DNA from: Malacoraja senta
Taxonomy: Eukaryota
Direction: 5' to 3'
Length of the DNA stretch: 64,000 bases
Assembly: GCA_038087875.1 (NCBI GenBank)
Contig: JAXLNO010000075.1
Coordinates: forward strand, 1-64,000
A program made the translations under genes and the position numbers. The number at the start of each line of letters is the position of its first letter. Position 1 is the first letter of the stretch. Under the pieces are notes generated by a model. It ran no database searches and had not been told where the DNA came from. It was given only the letters and a program-made list of their open reading frames with translations. Of the stretch, positions 1-12,790 are shown in pieces.

Positions 1-1476
1 CAGGTCACCTGCGAGCCCCGGGACTGGCTGTAGTTCCCAGGTCGCCTGTGAGCCCCGGGACTGGCTGCAGTTCCCAGGTTGCCTGTGAGCCCCGGGACTG
101 GCTGTAGTTCCCAGGTTGCCTGTGAGCCCCGGGACTGGCTGTAGTTCCCAGGTTGCCTGTGAGCCCCGGGACTGGCTGCAGTTCCCAGGTCGCCTGTGAG
201 CCCCGGGACTGGCTGCAGTTCCCAGGTTGCCTGTGAGCCCCGGGACTGGCTGTAGTTCCCAGGTCACCTGTGAGCCCCGGGACTGGCTGCAGTTCCCAGG
301 TCACATGTGAGCCCCGGGACTGGCTGTAGTTCCCAGGTCGCCTGTGAGCCCCGGGACTGGCTGTAGTTCCCAGGTCACCTGCGAGCCCCGGGACTGGCTG
401 TACCACCCAGGTTGCCTGTGAGCCCCGGGACTGGCTGTAGTTCCCAGGTCGCCTGTGAGCCCCGGGACTGGCTGTAGTTCCCAGGTCACATGTGAGCCCT
501 GGGACTGGCTGTACCACCCAGGTTGCCTGTGAGCCCCGGGACTGGCTGTAGTTCCCAGGTCGCCTGTGAGCCCTGGGACTGGCTGCAGTTCCCAGGTCAC
601 ATGTGAGCCCTGGGACTGGCTGTACCACCCAGGTTGCCTGTGAGCCCCGGGACTGGCTGTAGTTCCCAGGTCGCCTGTGAGCCCCGGGACTGGCTGCAGT
701 TCCCAGGTTGCCTGTGAGCCCCAGGACAGGCTGTAGTTCCCAGGTTGCCTGTGAGCCCCGGGACTGGCTGCAGTTCCCAGGTCGCCTGTGAGCCCCGGGA
801 CTGGCTGCAGTTCCCAGGTCACATGTGAGCCCCGGGACTGGCTGCAGTTCCCAGGTCGCCTGTGAGCCCCGGGACTGGCTGCAGTTCCCAGGTTGCCTGT
901 GAGCCCCAGGACAGGCTGTAGTTCCCAGGTCACATGTGAGCCCTGGGACTGGCTGTACCACCCAGGTTGCCTGTGAGCCCCAGGACTGGCTGTAGTTCCC
1001 AGGTTGCCTGTGAGCCCCGGGACAGGCTGTAGTTCCCAGGTCACATGTGAGCCCTGGGACTGGCTGTAGTTCCCAGGTCACCTGTGAGCCCCGGGACTGG
1101 CTGTAGTTCCCAGGTCGCCTGTGAGCCCCGGGACTGGCTGCAGTTCCCAGGTTGCCTGTGAGCCCCGGGACTGGCTGTACCACCCAGGTTGCCTGTGAGC
1201 CCCGGGACTGGCTGTAGTTCCCAGGTCGCCTGTGAGCCCCGGGACTGGCTGTACCACCCAGGTTGCCTGTGAGCCCTGGGACTGGCTGTACCACCCAGGT
1301 TGCCTGTGAGCCCGGGACTGGCTGTAGTTCCCAGGTCGCCTGTGAGCCCCGGGACTGGCTGTAGTTCCCAGGTCGCCTGTGAGCCCCGGGACTGGCTGCA
1401 GTTCCCAGGTTGCCTGTGAGCCCCGGGACAGGCTGTAGTTCCCAGGTCACATGTGAGCCCTGGGACTGGCTGTAGC
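1..1476. repeat. 40-bp GC-rich minisatellite, about 36 copies, runs off window start
   Basis: Contiguous unit GGGACTGGCTGTAGTTCCCAGGTCGCCTGTGAGCCCC-type with a few variant positions (TAGTT/CAGTT/TACCA; GTCGCC/GTTGCC/GTCACA) and no spacers. Confidence 0.97.
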
Positions 1477-1578
1477 ATCCAGGACGCGAAAACAAATTGT
1501 AAAAAAACCGCCTGCGGGCCAGATGATTTTGGTTTACGGGACGGAAACAGCCCGTGCGCCGTTGGTTGCCGATCCCTG
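1477..1578. mobile_element. Terminus of a hAT-like non-autonomous DNA transposon next to the 40-bp array
   Basis: Ends GTTGCCGATCCCTG (reverse complement CAGGGATCGGCAAC), a hAT-type TIR, preceded by a GCCTGCGGGCC subterminal motif. Confidence 0.55.
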
Positions 1579-1587
1579 ACCTGGTGG

Positions 1588-1792
1588 GAGAGAGGAACTG
1601 AAAAATATCCACATCAAGCAGGAAATGATGTTAGGTAAACTGTTGAGACTGAAGGCAGATAAATCCCCAGGGCCTGATGGTCTGCATCCCAGAGTACTCA
1701 ATGAGGTGCCCCTAGAAATTGTGGATGCATTGGTGATAATTTCCAATGTTCCATAAACTCTGGATCAGTTCCCGTGGACTGGAGGATAGTTG
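1588..1792 (+). mobile_element. CR1 LINE ORF2 fragment
   Basis: Translates ELKNIHIKQEMMLGKLLRLKADKSPGPDGLHPRVLNEVPLEIVDALVIIF. Confidence 0.85.
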
Positions 1793-1799
1793 CTTGATG

Positions 1800-2420
1800 C
1801 TTGAGTCTCCCCTACCTCTCCCTACAACCCCCTCCACCCACCCTCCCTCGCCCCCTACCCTCTCCCCACACACACCCCCCTCTCCTTCCTGCTCCCCGTC
1901 CCACTCCCGCACCTTCTCACACTCTCTCTCCTACTTCTCCCCCTCCAACTCTCCTCCTCCACCTCTCCATCTCCCCTCCATCTTCCCTCCCTCTCCCCCC
2001 TCCAACCCTTGGTCCCCCCATCCCCTTGTGCTCCCCACTTCCCTTCTCCTGCCCACCTTCTCCTCCCCTTCCCCATCTCCCCTTCCCACCCCCTTCTCTT
2101 CCCTCCCTCATCTTCCTCTCCCCTTCCTTTCCCCCTCTACCTCTCCCCTTCCTTTCCCCCTGCCTCCATCCCCTTGCTCTCCATTTACACTCATCCACCT
2201 TCCCCACCTCTTCCTCCCTCTCGCCCACCCTGTCCCCCTAACTCCCTCCCCAACTCCTCTCCCTCTGACCCTACCCCTCCTTTCCCCACCCTGGCTCTCC
2301 CCCCTCCCCCTGCCACTCCCTCCCACTCCCATCCCTCAACCCCGACGTCTGCCCCTCCCACTCCATCCACCCCTCCTTCTGACCCACACTCTTCCCTCCT
2401 CCCTATCCCATCGGCTCAGT
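1800..2420. repeat. Low-complexity C/T-rich tract (a G/A-rich tract follows at about 2855-3055)
   Basis: Near-pure pyrimidine composition; the Pro/Ser/Leu ORFs are compositional artefacts. Confidence 0.9.
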
Positions 2421-2429
2421 CCCCATTCC

Positions 2430-2560
2430 CAGCAGAGGTTCAGCCACATGGGTGACCGTCAGAAGAGGCAGCGGGTAGTGCAGGACTCTCCGTGGCTCTC
2501 CCCCTCCCACAAACACTGCCTTCTGCATACTTTTGGGGTGACGGCCCATCGGGGGAATAT
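2430..2560 (+). mobile_element. Degenerate CR1 ORF1 fragment
   Basis: WVTVRRG...VQDSP motif recalled from CR1 ORF1, frameshifted. Confidence 0.5.
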
Positions 2561-3051
2561 TGTAGCAGCAGTCGGGTCAGTGAGACCAATTCTGTCTCTG
2601 TTAAACAACAGGGGAGGTGGGGGAGTTTGGGGATAGAGAGTGGGAGTTGTCATGACGATGAGTTATGATAATGATATGCAAATATCTTGCCCTTTGTATC
2701 AGCTGACGTGAAGGACAGATCGGGTGTGCGCTGTGTAAGCAGGGTGTGGGCAGGAGGCCATGGCCTGGGGAGATAATAAACACAGAGACAAAGGAATGTG
2801 ACATGTAAATATTGTGTCAGTATTATTATTCCACATCTTAGGCGAAGATGTGACAGGTGTGTGGGGATAGAGAGGGGGAGGAGTGAGGGGGGAGAGGGGG
2901 GGGGTGGGGAGAGAGAATGGGAGAAGTGTGGGAAGAGAGATTGGGAGTAGTGTGGGGAGAGAGATGTAGTTTGGAGAGAAATGTTAGGAGCGTTTGGAGA
3001 GAGGGGGTGTGTGAGGAAAGAGAGGGAGTGCAGAGAGAGAGGGTGGGAGGG

Positions 3052-5255
3052 TAGAAAATAGGTGCAGGAGGCCATTCGGCCCTTCGAGCCAGCACCGCCT
3101 TTCATTGTGATGGCTGATCATCCACAATCAGTAACCCATGCCTGCCTTCTCCCCATATACTTTGATTCCGCTAGCCCCAAGAGCTTTATCTAACTCTCTT
3201 TTAAATGCATCCAGTGACTTGGCCTCTACTGCCTTCAGTGGCAGAGAATTCCACAAATTCACAACTCTCTGGGGGAAAAAGTTGTTTCTCATCTCAGTTT
3301 TAAATGGCCTCCCATTTATTCTTTGACTGTGGCCCCTGGTTCTGGACTCCCCCATCATTGGGAACATTTTTCCTGCCTCTAGCGTGTCGAAACCCTTAAC
3401 AATCTTATATGTTTCAATAAGATCCCCTCTCACTCTTCTAAACTCCAGAGTGTACAAGCCCAGCTGCTCCATTCTCTCAGCACATGACAGTCCCACCATC
3501 CCGGGAATTAACCTTGTAAACCTACGCTGCACTCCCTCGATAGCAAGAATGTCCATCCTCAAATTAGGGGACCAGAACTGTACACAATACTCCAGATGTT
3601 GTCTGACTAGGGCCCTGTACAACTGCAGAAGGACCTCTTTGCTCCTATACTCAACTCCTCTTGTTATGAACGCCAACATGCCATTCGCTTTCTTCACTGC
3701 CTGCTGTACTTGCATGCTTACTTTCACAGACTGATGAACAAGGACCCCCAGATCCCTTTGTACTTCCCCTTTTCCCAACTTGACACCATTTAGATAGTAA
3801 TCTGCCTTCCTGTTTTTGATACCAAGTCACCTTGCATTCTCATAGCATCATCCTCACAGTTCACACTGCCACCCAGCTTTGTGTCATCTGCAAATTTGCT
3901 AATGTTACTTTGAATTCCTTCATCCAAATCATTGATGTATATTGGAAATAGCTGTGGTCCCAGCACCAAGCCTTGCGGTACCCCACTAGTCACCGTTAAT
4001 CCCTACTCTTTGTTTCCTGTCTGCCAACCAATTTTCTATCCATGTCAGCACTCTATCCCCAATACCATGTGCCCTAATTTTGCCCACTAATCTCCTATGT
4101 GGGACCATATCAAATGCTTTCTGAAATTCCAGGTCCATTTTCCAAGATACATCCTCAAAAAATTCCAGAAGATTAGTCGAGCATGATTTCCCCATCGTAA
4201 ATCCAAGCTGACTCGGACCGATCCTGTTACTGCTATCCAAATGTGCCGCTATTTCATCTTTCATAATTGACCAGCATCTTTCCCACCACCAGGCTAACTG
4301 GTCTACAATTCTCTGTTTTCTCTCTCCCGCCTTAAAAAGTGGAATAACATCAGCTACCCTCCAATCCAGAGGAACTGATCCTGAATCTTTAGAACATTGG
4401 AAAATGATCACCAATGCGTCCATGATTTCTAGACCCATTTCCTTAAGTACCCTGGGATGCAGGGTACTGGGGATTTATCAGCCTTCAGACCCATCAGTCT
4501 ACCCAACACCATTTCCTGCCTAATGTGAATTTCCTTCAGTTCCTCCGTCACCCCAGAACCTTTGGCCACTAGTACATTAGGAAGATTGTTTGTGTCCTTA
4601 GTGAAGACGGATCCAAAGTACCTGTTCAATCCATCTGCCATTTCCTTGTTCCCCATAATAAATTCACCCTTTTCAGTCTTCAAGGGTCCAACTTTGGTCT
4701 TAACTACATTTTTCCTCTTCACAAACCTAAAGAAGTTTTTACTATCCTCCTTTATATTCTTGGCTAGCTTACCTTCGTACCTCAACTTTTCTCCACGTAT
4801 TGTCTTTTTAGTTATCTTCTTCTAAACATTACCCAATCCTCTTGCTTCCCGCCTATCTTTGCTACGTTGTACTTCTTCTTTTATTTTTATACTGTCCCTG
4901 ACGTCCCTTGTCAGCCACGGTCGCCTCTTACTCCCCTTGGAATCTTTCTTCCTCTTTGGAATGAACTGATCCTGTACCTTCTGTATTATTCCTAGAAATA
5001 CCTGCCATTGTTGTTCCATTGTCATCCCTGCTATGGTATCTTTCCAGTCAACTTTGGCCAGCTCCTCCCTCATGGCTCCATAGTGCCCTTTATTCAACTG
5101 TAACACTGACACCTACAATTTACCCTTCTCCCTCTCCAATTGTAGATTAAACTTGACAATATTATGGTCACTACCTCCTAATGGCTCCTTCACCTCAAGT
5201 TCCTTTATCAAATCTGGTTCATTACATAACACTAAATCCAGAATTGCCTTCTCCA
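3052..5255 (-). mobile_element. CR1 LINE, 5'-truncated and degenerate (end of endonuclease, RT, 3' UTR)
   Basis: ORF pieces with [31 protein letters not shown] and FPQRVVNLWNSLP; frameshifts and internal deletions. Confidence 0.95.
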
Positions 5256-5259
5256 ACTT

Positions 5260-5778
5260 TCTCCAACCTGATCTCCCGGTTGAATGGACACTTTAATTCT
5301 CCTTCCCATTCCCACACAAACCTTTCAGTCTTCAGTCTCCTCCATTGTCAGAGTGAGTGAAGCTAAACACAAATTGGAGGAACAGCATTTCATATTTTGC
5401 TTGGCAGCTTACAGCCCAGTGGTACGAATCTTGATTTCTCCCACATCAGGTAGCCCCGGCATTCCCTCTCTCTCTGTATCCCTCCCCACCAAAGTCTCAC
5501 CAGCTTCTCATTTTCACCCAACATACAGCTTACAATGGCCTGTTTCCTTTATCATCATCACTTTTTTACATATCTTTCATTCATTGTACTTTTACACAAC
5601 TTTTACATCACCGTCTATATCTCTTGTTTCCCTTATCCCTAACCAGTCTGAAGAAAGGTCTCAACCCGAAACGTGACCCATTCCTTCTCTCCAGAGATGC
5701 TTCCTCTCCCGCTGAGTTACTCCAGCTTTTTGTGTCTATCTTCAGTTTAAACAGCATCTGTAGTTCCTTCTTACACAA
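5260..5778 (+). mobile_element. Penelope-like element 3' fragment (GIY-YIG tail plus terminal repeat)
   Basis: KHKLEEQHFIFCL motif followed by CTGAAGAAAGGTCTCAACCCGAAACG and the GCTGAGTTACTCCAGC terminal module. Confidence 0.75.
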
Positions 5779-6152
5779 CAAACAACCTGTTAGTCTGTTT
5801 TGGTTAAGCTGGTACTTAAGTTATTTAGAAACTCCTGCTCCATAATGAATCATTTTTTAAAGAATATTTACACACAGAAGAGAATTCATGGCCTAGTGCT
5901 TTGCAGAGAGTGAAGGGAATTTCATCAACCTTGAAGGGTAAAAACACAGCGATTATCCCATCGATCTCCGAATGTTGTACCTAGGGTGTTACTTTCAGAA
6001 ATCCTAGACATCGCACAACAGGGATATGAAACCAGGGTGGACATACACAATTTTAATCTTGTATTTTAAACAGATGGGCTGAAAGGCCTGTTTCCTTGCT
6101 GTATAACTATGATTCCCATTCCCACATAGGGTTGCCAACTGTCTCGTATTAG

Positions 6153-6966
6153 AAACATAGAAACATAGAAATTAGGTGCAGGAGTAGGCCATTCGGCCCT
6201 TCGAGCCTGCACCGCCATTCAATATGATCATGGCTGATCATCCAACTCAGTATCCCGTACCTGCCTTCTCTCCATACCCTCTGATCCCTTTAGCCACAAG
6301 GGCCACATCTAGCTCCCTCTTAAATATAGCCAATGAACTGGCCTCAACTACCCTCTGTGGCAGAGAGTTCCAGAGATTCACCACTCTCTGTGTGAAAAAA
6401 GTTCTTCTCATCTCGGTTTTAAAGGATTTCCCCCTTATCCTTAAGCTGTGACCCCTTGTCCTGGACTTCCCCAACATCGGGAGCAATCTTCCTGCATCTA
6501 GCCTGTCCAACCCCTTAAGAATTTTGTAAGTTTCTATAAGATCCCCTCTCAATCTCCTAAATTCTAGAGAGTATAAACCAAGTCTATCCAGTCTTTCTTC
6601 GTAAGACAGTCCTGACATCCCAGGAATCAGTCTGGTGAACCTTCTCTGCACTCCCTCTATGGCAATAATGTCCTTCCTCAGATTTGGAGACCAAAACTGT
6701 ACGCAATACTCCAGGTGTGGTCTCACCAAGACCCTGTACAACTGCAGTAGAACCTCCCTGCTCCTATACTCAAATCCTTTTGCTATGAAAGCTAACATAC
6801 CATTCGCTTTCTTCACTGCCTGCTGCACCTGCATGCCTACTTTCAATGACTGGTGTACCATGACACCCAGGTCTCGCTGCATCTCCCCTTTTCCTAGTCG
6901 GCCACCATTTAGAAAATAGTCTGCTTTCCTGTTTTTGCCACCAAAATGGATAACCTCACATTTATC
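6153..6966 (-). mobile_element. Young 5'-truncated CR1 LINE flanked by a 121-bp direct duplication
   Basis: Open 211-aa CR1 ORF2 C-terminus (6247-6882); CTATGTTT-type 3' repeat; flanks 6032-6152 and 6967-7087 are near-identical. Confidence 0.95.
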
Positions 6967-7061
6967 CCAGGGTGGACATACACAATTTTAATCTTGTATT
7001 TTAAACAGATGGGCTGAAAGGCCTGTTTCCTTGCTGTATAACTATGATTCCAATTCCCACA

Positions 7062-7581
7062 TAGGGTTGCAAACTGTCCCGTATTAGCCGGGACATCCCG
7101 GATTTTGGGCTAAATTGGTTTGTCCCATAAGGGACCACCCTTGTCCCATATTTGACTGCTACTACTCGGGTCGAGGGGACTGTCAGTTTGGAGCGCCACG
7201 TCCAGCCCCGCGTCACCCAGCCCAATGTAGTGCAGCCCCTGGAGTGCAGCAGCAGCGCCTCGCCCGTGGCCACGTCGGTCTGCAGCCCGGCCAGCTGACC
7301 GGCCTTCAGACCTTCGCTTACCACCGACACCACCACCCCTCCTTCTCATGGCCGATCATCGGTTCATGAGTTGGATAGGGTGCCGGACTTTGCGCGCAAT
7401 GTAGTTTGGGCTAAAACTCCTCAGCTGGCCCGCCGGCTGGGCTTTGTGTGCAGTCCAGCACCTGGGCCAACTTATCGTTCACCAAACCACGGCCGAGTCG
7501 GTCAACGAATTGCCCTCGGGAATTTGTCCCATATTTTGACTTTTTGTCCCTTATTTGGGAGTGGGAAAGTTGGCAACCCTG
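7062..7581. mobile_element. hAT (Tip100-like) non-autonomous DNA transposon
   Basis: TIRs TAGGGTTGC(A/C)AAC and GTTGGCAACCCTG; perfect 8-bp TSD TTCCCACA (7054-7061, 7582-7589). Confidence 0.88.
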
Positions 7582-7659
7582 TTCCCACAGGTAATTGCAC
7601 TCTGCCTCAACTAGAAAGCTTCCTAACATCGGACAGGTATCTGCACCTAGTGCTTCCCC

Positions 7660-8000
7660 ATAAATGAGAGGAATAGATCGGGTAAATGAACAGGGTCTCT
7701 TGCCCAGAGTAGGGGAATCGAGGACCAGACGATATAGGCTTAAGTTGAAGGGGATAAGATTTAACAGGAATCCGAGGGGTAACCTTTTCACACAGAAGGT
7801 GGTTGGTGTATGGAACAAGCTGCCAGAGGAGATAGTTAAGGCTGGGACTATCCCAACATTTAAGAAACCTTAAGACTGGTACATGGTTAGGATAGTTTGG
7901 GAGGGCTATGGGCCAAATGCCGGCAGGTGGGACGAGTGTAGCTGGGACAGGTTGACCGGCGTGGGCATGTTGGGCCAAAGGGCCTGTTGCCAGCTGTATA
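7660..8000 (+). mobile_element. CR1 LINE 3' fragment
   Basis: MRGIDRV...RGNLFTQKVVGVWNKLPEE plus 3' UTR. Confidence 0.88.
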
Positions 8001-8387
8001 ATGAAATGCAGAAAGCGATTCTGATTTGACAGCCCACAAATTTCTCTGTTGATTTTTCTCAGTTCAGTTCAGTTTAGTTTATTGTCACGTGTACCAAGGT
8101 ACAGTGAACAGGTTTTTGTCATGTGCTATCCAGTCAACAGAAAGACAAGACATCATTACAATCGAGCTATTTACAAGGTACAGATATAAGGCAATAATGT
8201 TTAGTGCAAGGTAAAGCAAGCAAAGTCCGACCAAGGATAGTCCGAGGGTCACCAATAAGGTAGATAGTAGTTCAGCACTGCTCTCTGGTTGTGCAGTTGA
8301 GTAATTCCTAGCCCAAGTGATGCTGAGAGAATATGACTGCATTATTTTGTGAATCATAGATTGACACTGGATGATGCTGGAGTAACT

Positions 8388-10070
8388 CAGAATCAGAATG
8401 CTTTATTGTCATTGCATGTGTCACATACAACGAGATTACTGCGTCACTCCATTTAAAAGAACTTCAAACATTCACATACTCAAACTTTTTACACTCCCTC
8501 CCTCCCCAAACCCACCCATGGATTCACATTTACATAAATTAACACTGTCTCCCATCCCCCCTCCTTCCCCATAACCCGCTCCCGAGACAGAGTTCAGTTC
8601 CAAGATTGCTGATGGGTAAAAGCTGTTCTTGAGTCTGGCAGTACGTGACTTTAGCGACCTGTACCTTTTTCCTGAGGGCAGCAGTGTGAAAAGGTGGTGA
8701 CAAGGATGTGTAATGTCTTTCACGATATTACAGGTCCTGCTGCGGCATCTGGAGTGGTAAATGTCCTCCAGAGGGGGCAGGGGGAGTCCAATGATACCCT
8801 GGGCAGTTTTTATCACCCTCTGGAGAGCTGCTCTGTCAACTGCTGAACAGTTCCCAAACCAGGCAGTTATGCAGTAAGTCAGTATGCTTTCTACCGAACA
8901 GCGGTAGAAAGACTCCAGCAGTTTAGCAGACAGATGGGCCTTCCTCAGTGTTCTGAGGAAGTAAAGTCTCTGTTGCGCCTTTTTTACAACTACAGCAGAG
9001 TTCACAGACCATTTAAGATCCTCACTGATGTTGATCCCCAGAAATTTAAAACTAGGCACCCTCTCCACCTCCTCGCCCCCTATCTCCAGTGGCCTGAGCT
9101 CCGCTCAATGTCGCCTGCAATCAGTGATGATCTCCTTTGTCTTTTTAGTGTTCAGAGAGAGATTGTTGTGAGCACACCACTCAGAAAGTCTGTGCACCTC
9201 CTCTCTATAGGCGTCCTCGTTCCCATTTGAGATGAGCCCCACCACGGTTGTATCGTCCTCAAATTTTATGATCCTATTTGCGGGGTGATGGGGCAAGCAG
9301 TCATGTGTGTATAGGGCGTAGAGGAGCGGACTGAGCACACAGCCCTGTGGTGCTCCTGTGCGGAGGGTCAGGGATGTCGAGGTGTAGGGTCCAAGTCTCA
9401 CCGTCTGTGGTTGTTCACTGAGAAAGTCCAATATCCACCGACACAGTTGACTGCTGAGGCCAAGGTCTAGCATTTTTGTGATCAGCTTGCTGGGTATGAT
9501 TGTATTAAAAGTTGAGCTGTAATCAACAAAAAGCATCCTGACATATGACCCCTTCTCCTCTAGGTGTTGTAGTGCAGCATGGAGGACAGTGTTTATGGCA
9601 TCCTCTGTAGATCTATTAGCCCTATATGCATACTGGTGTGGGTCGAGTGAGGGGGGGAGAGATAATTTAAGGTGACCTAGGACCAGCCTTTCAAAGCACT
9701 TGGAGACTACAGATGTAAGAGCAACGGGCCTGTAGTCATTGAGGGAGTTGATGTTTGTCTGCTTGGGCACCGGGATGATAGTGGTGGTTTTCAGGCACGT
9801 TGGCACGGAGGAGTGTGCTTGGGAAAGGTTAAAAATGTCTGTGAATACCCCAGCGAGCTGGTGAGCACAGTCCCACAGCACCCTGCCTGGGATCTCAACC
9901 GGGCCAGCAGCCTTACTAGCATTAACTGTTCTCAGGGCCCGCTTTACCTCCTCTAACTGGAGGGTAAGTGGCTGGTCAGCAGGGTCCAGTTGGAGAGAGG
10001 TTCTTTCATTCGGACCTCTCTCGAAACGGGCAAAAAAGTGGTTGAGCTCCTCTGCCAGCGATGTATTTGC
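8388..10070 (-). mobile_element. Rex1/Babar-type LINE, 5'-truncated (RT plus C-terminal domain)
   Basis: LNDYRPVALTS, TGAPQGCVLSPLLY, IKFEDDTTVVGLIS and KKAQQRLYFLR; (ATTCTG)n 3' tail at about 8388-8400. Confidence 0.9.
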
Positions 10071-10114
10071 AGCTGTCGATGTATTTGCAACTCATCTCTG
10101 GATAGAAGGAATGG

Positions 10115-10146
10115 GTGACGTTTCGGGTCGAGACCCATCTTCAGAC
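10115..10146 (-). ncRNA. Minimal hammerhead-ribozyme-like core in a Penelope-derived repeat (best-preserved copy)
   Basis: Minus strand reads GT-CTGAAGA-T-GGGT(CTCG)ACCC-GAAA-CG-TC-AC: CUGANGA box, stem II, GAAA box and GUC triplet. Confidence 0.55.
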
Positions 10147-11470
10147 TCTTTGTACATAGTGTACAAACTTGTGAGCATCAGCAAGAGTTCTCCTTCAATA
10201 AATTACAGTGTAACTTTCAAAGCCCAACCCAAGAGCTGTTCTTCCCTGGGCTATGCAAACTTCAGGGCAATGCCAGACAAATAACTGGCATATCTCATTC
10301 AGTTTGCATAAATTCCGAATTGTAGATAAGAAGTTTGTTTTGCCAGCATGTTTACAGTTCCAAACAAAAAAAAATTATTAATGCTTTGAATGGTCAAAAA
10401 CAAATGAAGGGTCCCGTACCTGAAATGTTAATGTTTCTCCTTCCACAGATGCTGCCTGACCTGCTGAGAGAGTTTCCAGCATTTTGTTTCGTGTTTTGCA
10501 GCATCTGCACGCTTGGTTTTCCCAAGGGGCTCTCACCTGCATTTCTACCCTTGACATCTGCCAAACTTGACAATGAGTTGTAGAGGGATCTTCATAACTA
10601 TTGGAAGTTGGTGAGTGGAGGTGGGCGACTTGTGTCGGAAGGAACTGCAGATGCTGGTTTACACCGAAGTTAGACACGAAAAGCTGGAGTAACTCAACGG
10701 GTCAGGCAGCATCTCTGGAGAAAAAGGAATAGGTGACATTTCGGGTCGAGACCCTTCTTCAGGCTACTTGCTTTTTTCACACAATGAGGTTGGTTGAGGC
10801 GGGGACTATCCCAACGTTTAAGAAACAGTTAGACAGGTACTTGGATAGGACAGCTTTAGAGGGATATGGGCCAAACGCAGGCAGGTGGGACCAATGTAGA
10901 CGAGGCATGTTGGTTGGAGTGGGCAAGTTGGGCTGAAGGGTCTGTTCCCATACTGTACAACTCTATGATGTAGCAAATGTGCATACATATTATATAACCT
11001 CACATTGACACCTTAATATGGGCCAGAGAACAACACGGCCATTTTACTGTTAGTAAGGTGGATGAACAACACAAGAGCAATGGGAACAATACTGAGCTTC
11101 CCACTAAAACACACAGCTACCCAATGTCTTCAGCATCTGGGGAAGGGTCCCGACCCGAAACGTCACCCATTACTTCTCTCCAGAGATGCTGCCTGTCCCG
11201 CTGAGTTACTCCAGCATTTTGTGTCTACCTAATGTCAAACTTACATAAAAAATACACCATTAAGGAATGTATGTTTTGATCCTGCTAAAGTTGGGGGTCT
11301 TCAATCTAGTGTGGGATGCATTACAAATCTAGAGCCTGGTAGCTCATACACAAACAAAGATACCATAACTGAAAAGAGGGCAGGATCACAATTGCAATCA
11401 ACCGTGTTGCATATTGAAAACTTGTTAAATTAGCAATAATTGCATCTTGGAACTTTGATCAAAACTTTTA

Positions 11471-12790
11471 GGGTGGCACAGTGGTGCAGCTGGTAAAGTA
11501 GCTATCTCACAAAGCCAGAGATCGGGGTTTGATCCTGGCCTCTGGCGCTGTTTGTGTGGTGTTTGCACGTTCTCTCCGTGACCGCGCAAGTTTAGTCCAG
11601 GTGCTCCAGTTTCCTTCTGCATTCTAAAGACGCGGGGTTTTGTCAGTTAATTGGCCTCTAGTAGGTATGTTACAATACTTGCCTTCAGCGGCCCTGTAAT
11701 TCTGTCACTGGCCGTGTGCACGATTTTGGCGCCTTTAAGGGGGGGGCGGGGTTAAAACGCAGGTTTCTCCTCCCTTGTCCTGAATTATATTTTGTTGGAG
11801 TACAAGCTTTTGCGGAAGAATCGTTCCGAGGGGCGTTTTGAGTATTTAGTTTTAAAAATCTCCCGACAAGTTCAGCGTTGGAATCATTTTAAAATCATCT
11901 TCTGAACCCGTCAACGCCAACAACGGGGACGGATTTCACACACGGGACAGGTAAACGAAAGTGCTTTATTTTTATGTATAAACGTTCTCCTTAAGAGGCC
12001 TTTAATTCACATTTTTACATGCGACACGGTGATTTTCCCCCCCGAACTAACGGCAATAATTTTCATGCCAATACGGGGTTAAATTCACCGCAAATCAACG
12101 TTCCAAATGATCGCGTTCCAGAAATCCCCATTCGCAAGATGATATAAATTCCCATTAATTTACAGGTATTAAACACTAAATTCCTTCCATTTGGCCTGTA
12201 AATCCATGACAATGAGATAAAAAAAATATGTTATATTGTGAATTCTTGTGTGAATGTTATTTGGACACAGGCTATTTAAAAATGTTAATCTATTCTTAAG
12301 AAATTGATAGATGTTTAGATCTAGTAATTGAATTTTGTAATTAGCTACAATTAGGTAACTAACTAATTATATGCTTTAATTTCATGTCATCCAAGTCAGA
12401 TTGTTTCATATTTGTTTCAGAATGCTTCAATCTATAATAACTGAAAATTTCTTTCAGTTCTCTTAATTTTTAAGAAGGTTATGGGCTTTTGACTGTCCTC
12501 GATCACAGCTTTTGTGTTAAGTCAATGGAAAAGCAATAGGGAACTAGATGCTAATTTCCGAGTATGAAAATGGCCATAACTTTTTTAATACTGAAGATAT
12601 GAAAGTGAATTAGGTGTGAAATTAAACTTCTTTTTATGCTTTATCTGATGGGATAAATTACAGACTTGATTTTTAAAATCTCAAAATTTTGTAACATTGC
12701 TACCTCCAGTGTGTAGGATGCAAAAAGTGTGACAACGTGAACCTACTGAATGGGTGAACAATGGTCGGTGTGGACTCAGTGGACCGAAGA
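11471..12790 (+). mobile_element. tRNA-derived SINE split by a DNA transposon at 11662-12702
   Basis: A-box-like TGGTGCAGCTGG and B-box-like GGTTTGATCC; SINE body resumes after 12702. Related SINEs at about 14640-14795(-), 18000-18282(-), 19280-19545(-), 21480-21780(-) and 33012-33258(+). Confidence 0.8.
11662..12702. mobile_element. About 1.04-kb non-autonomous TIR DNA transposon, copy 1
   Basis: Termini TAGGTATGTTACAA and TTGTAACATTGCTA; 7-bp TSD CCTCTAG/CCTCCAG; second copy at 39599-40638. Confidence 0.9.

Noticed and set aside
1..1476. CRISPR-like array, or the 535-aa repeat protein on the minus strand
   Set aside because: Units are contiguous with no unique spacers, no cas genes are present, and the context is eukaryotic. 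The 40-bp unit is not a multiple of 3, so the ORFs simply cycle through frames
1746..2636. Pro/Ser-rich 296-aa ORF and overlapping ORFs
   Set aside because: Low-complexity pyrimidine tract that lacks stop codons by composition
10538..10598. Exon-like segment on the minus strand (AG...CAG|GTGAGA; YEDPSTTHCQVWQMSRVEMQ)
   Set aside because: No recognisable homology; splice-like signals alone are insufficient
11471..11560. tRNA gene (also other SINE heads)
   Set aside because: A/B-box-like motifs continue into the SINE body with no complete cloverleaf
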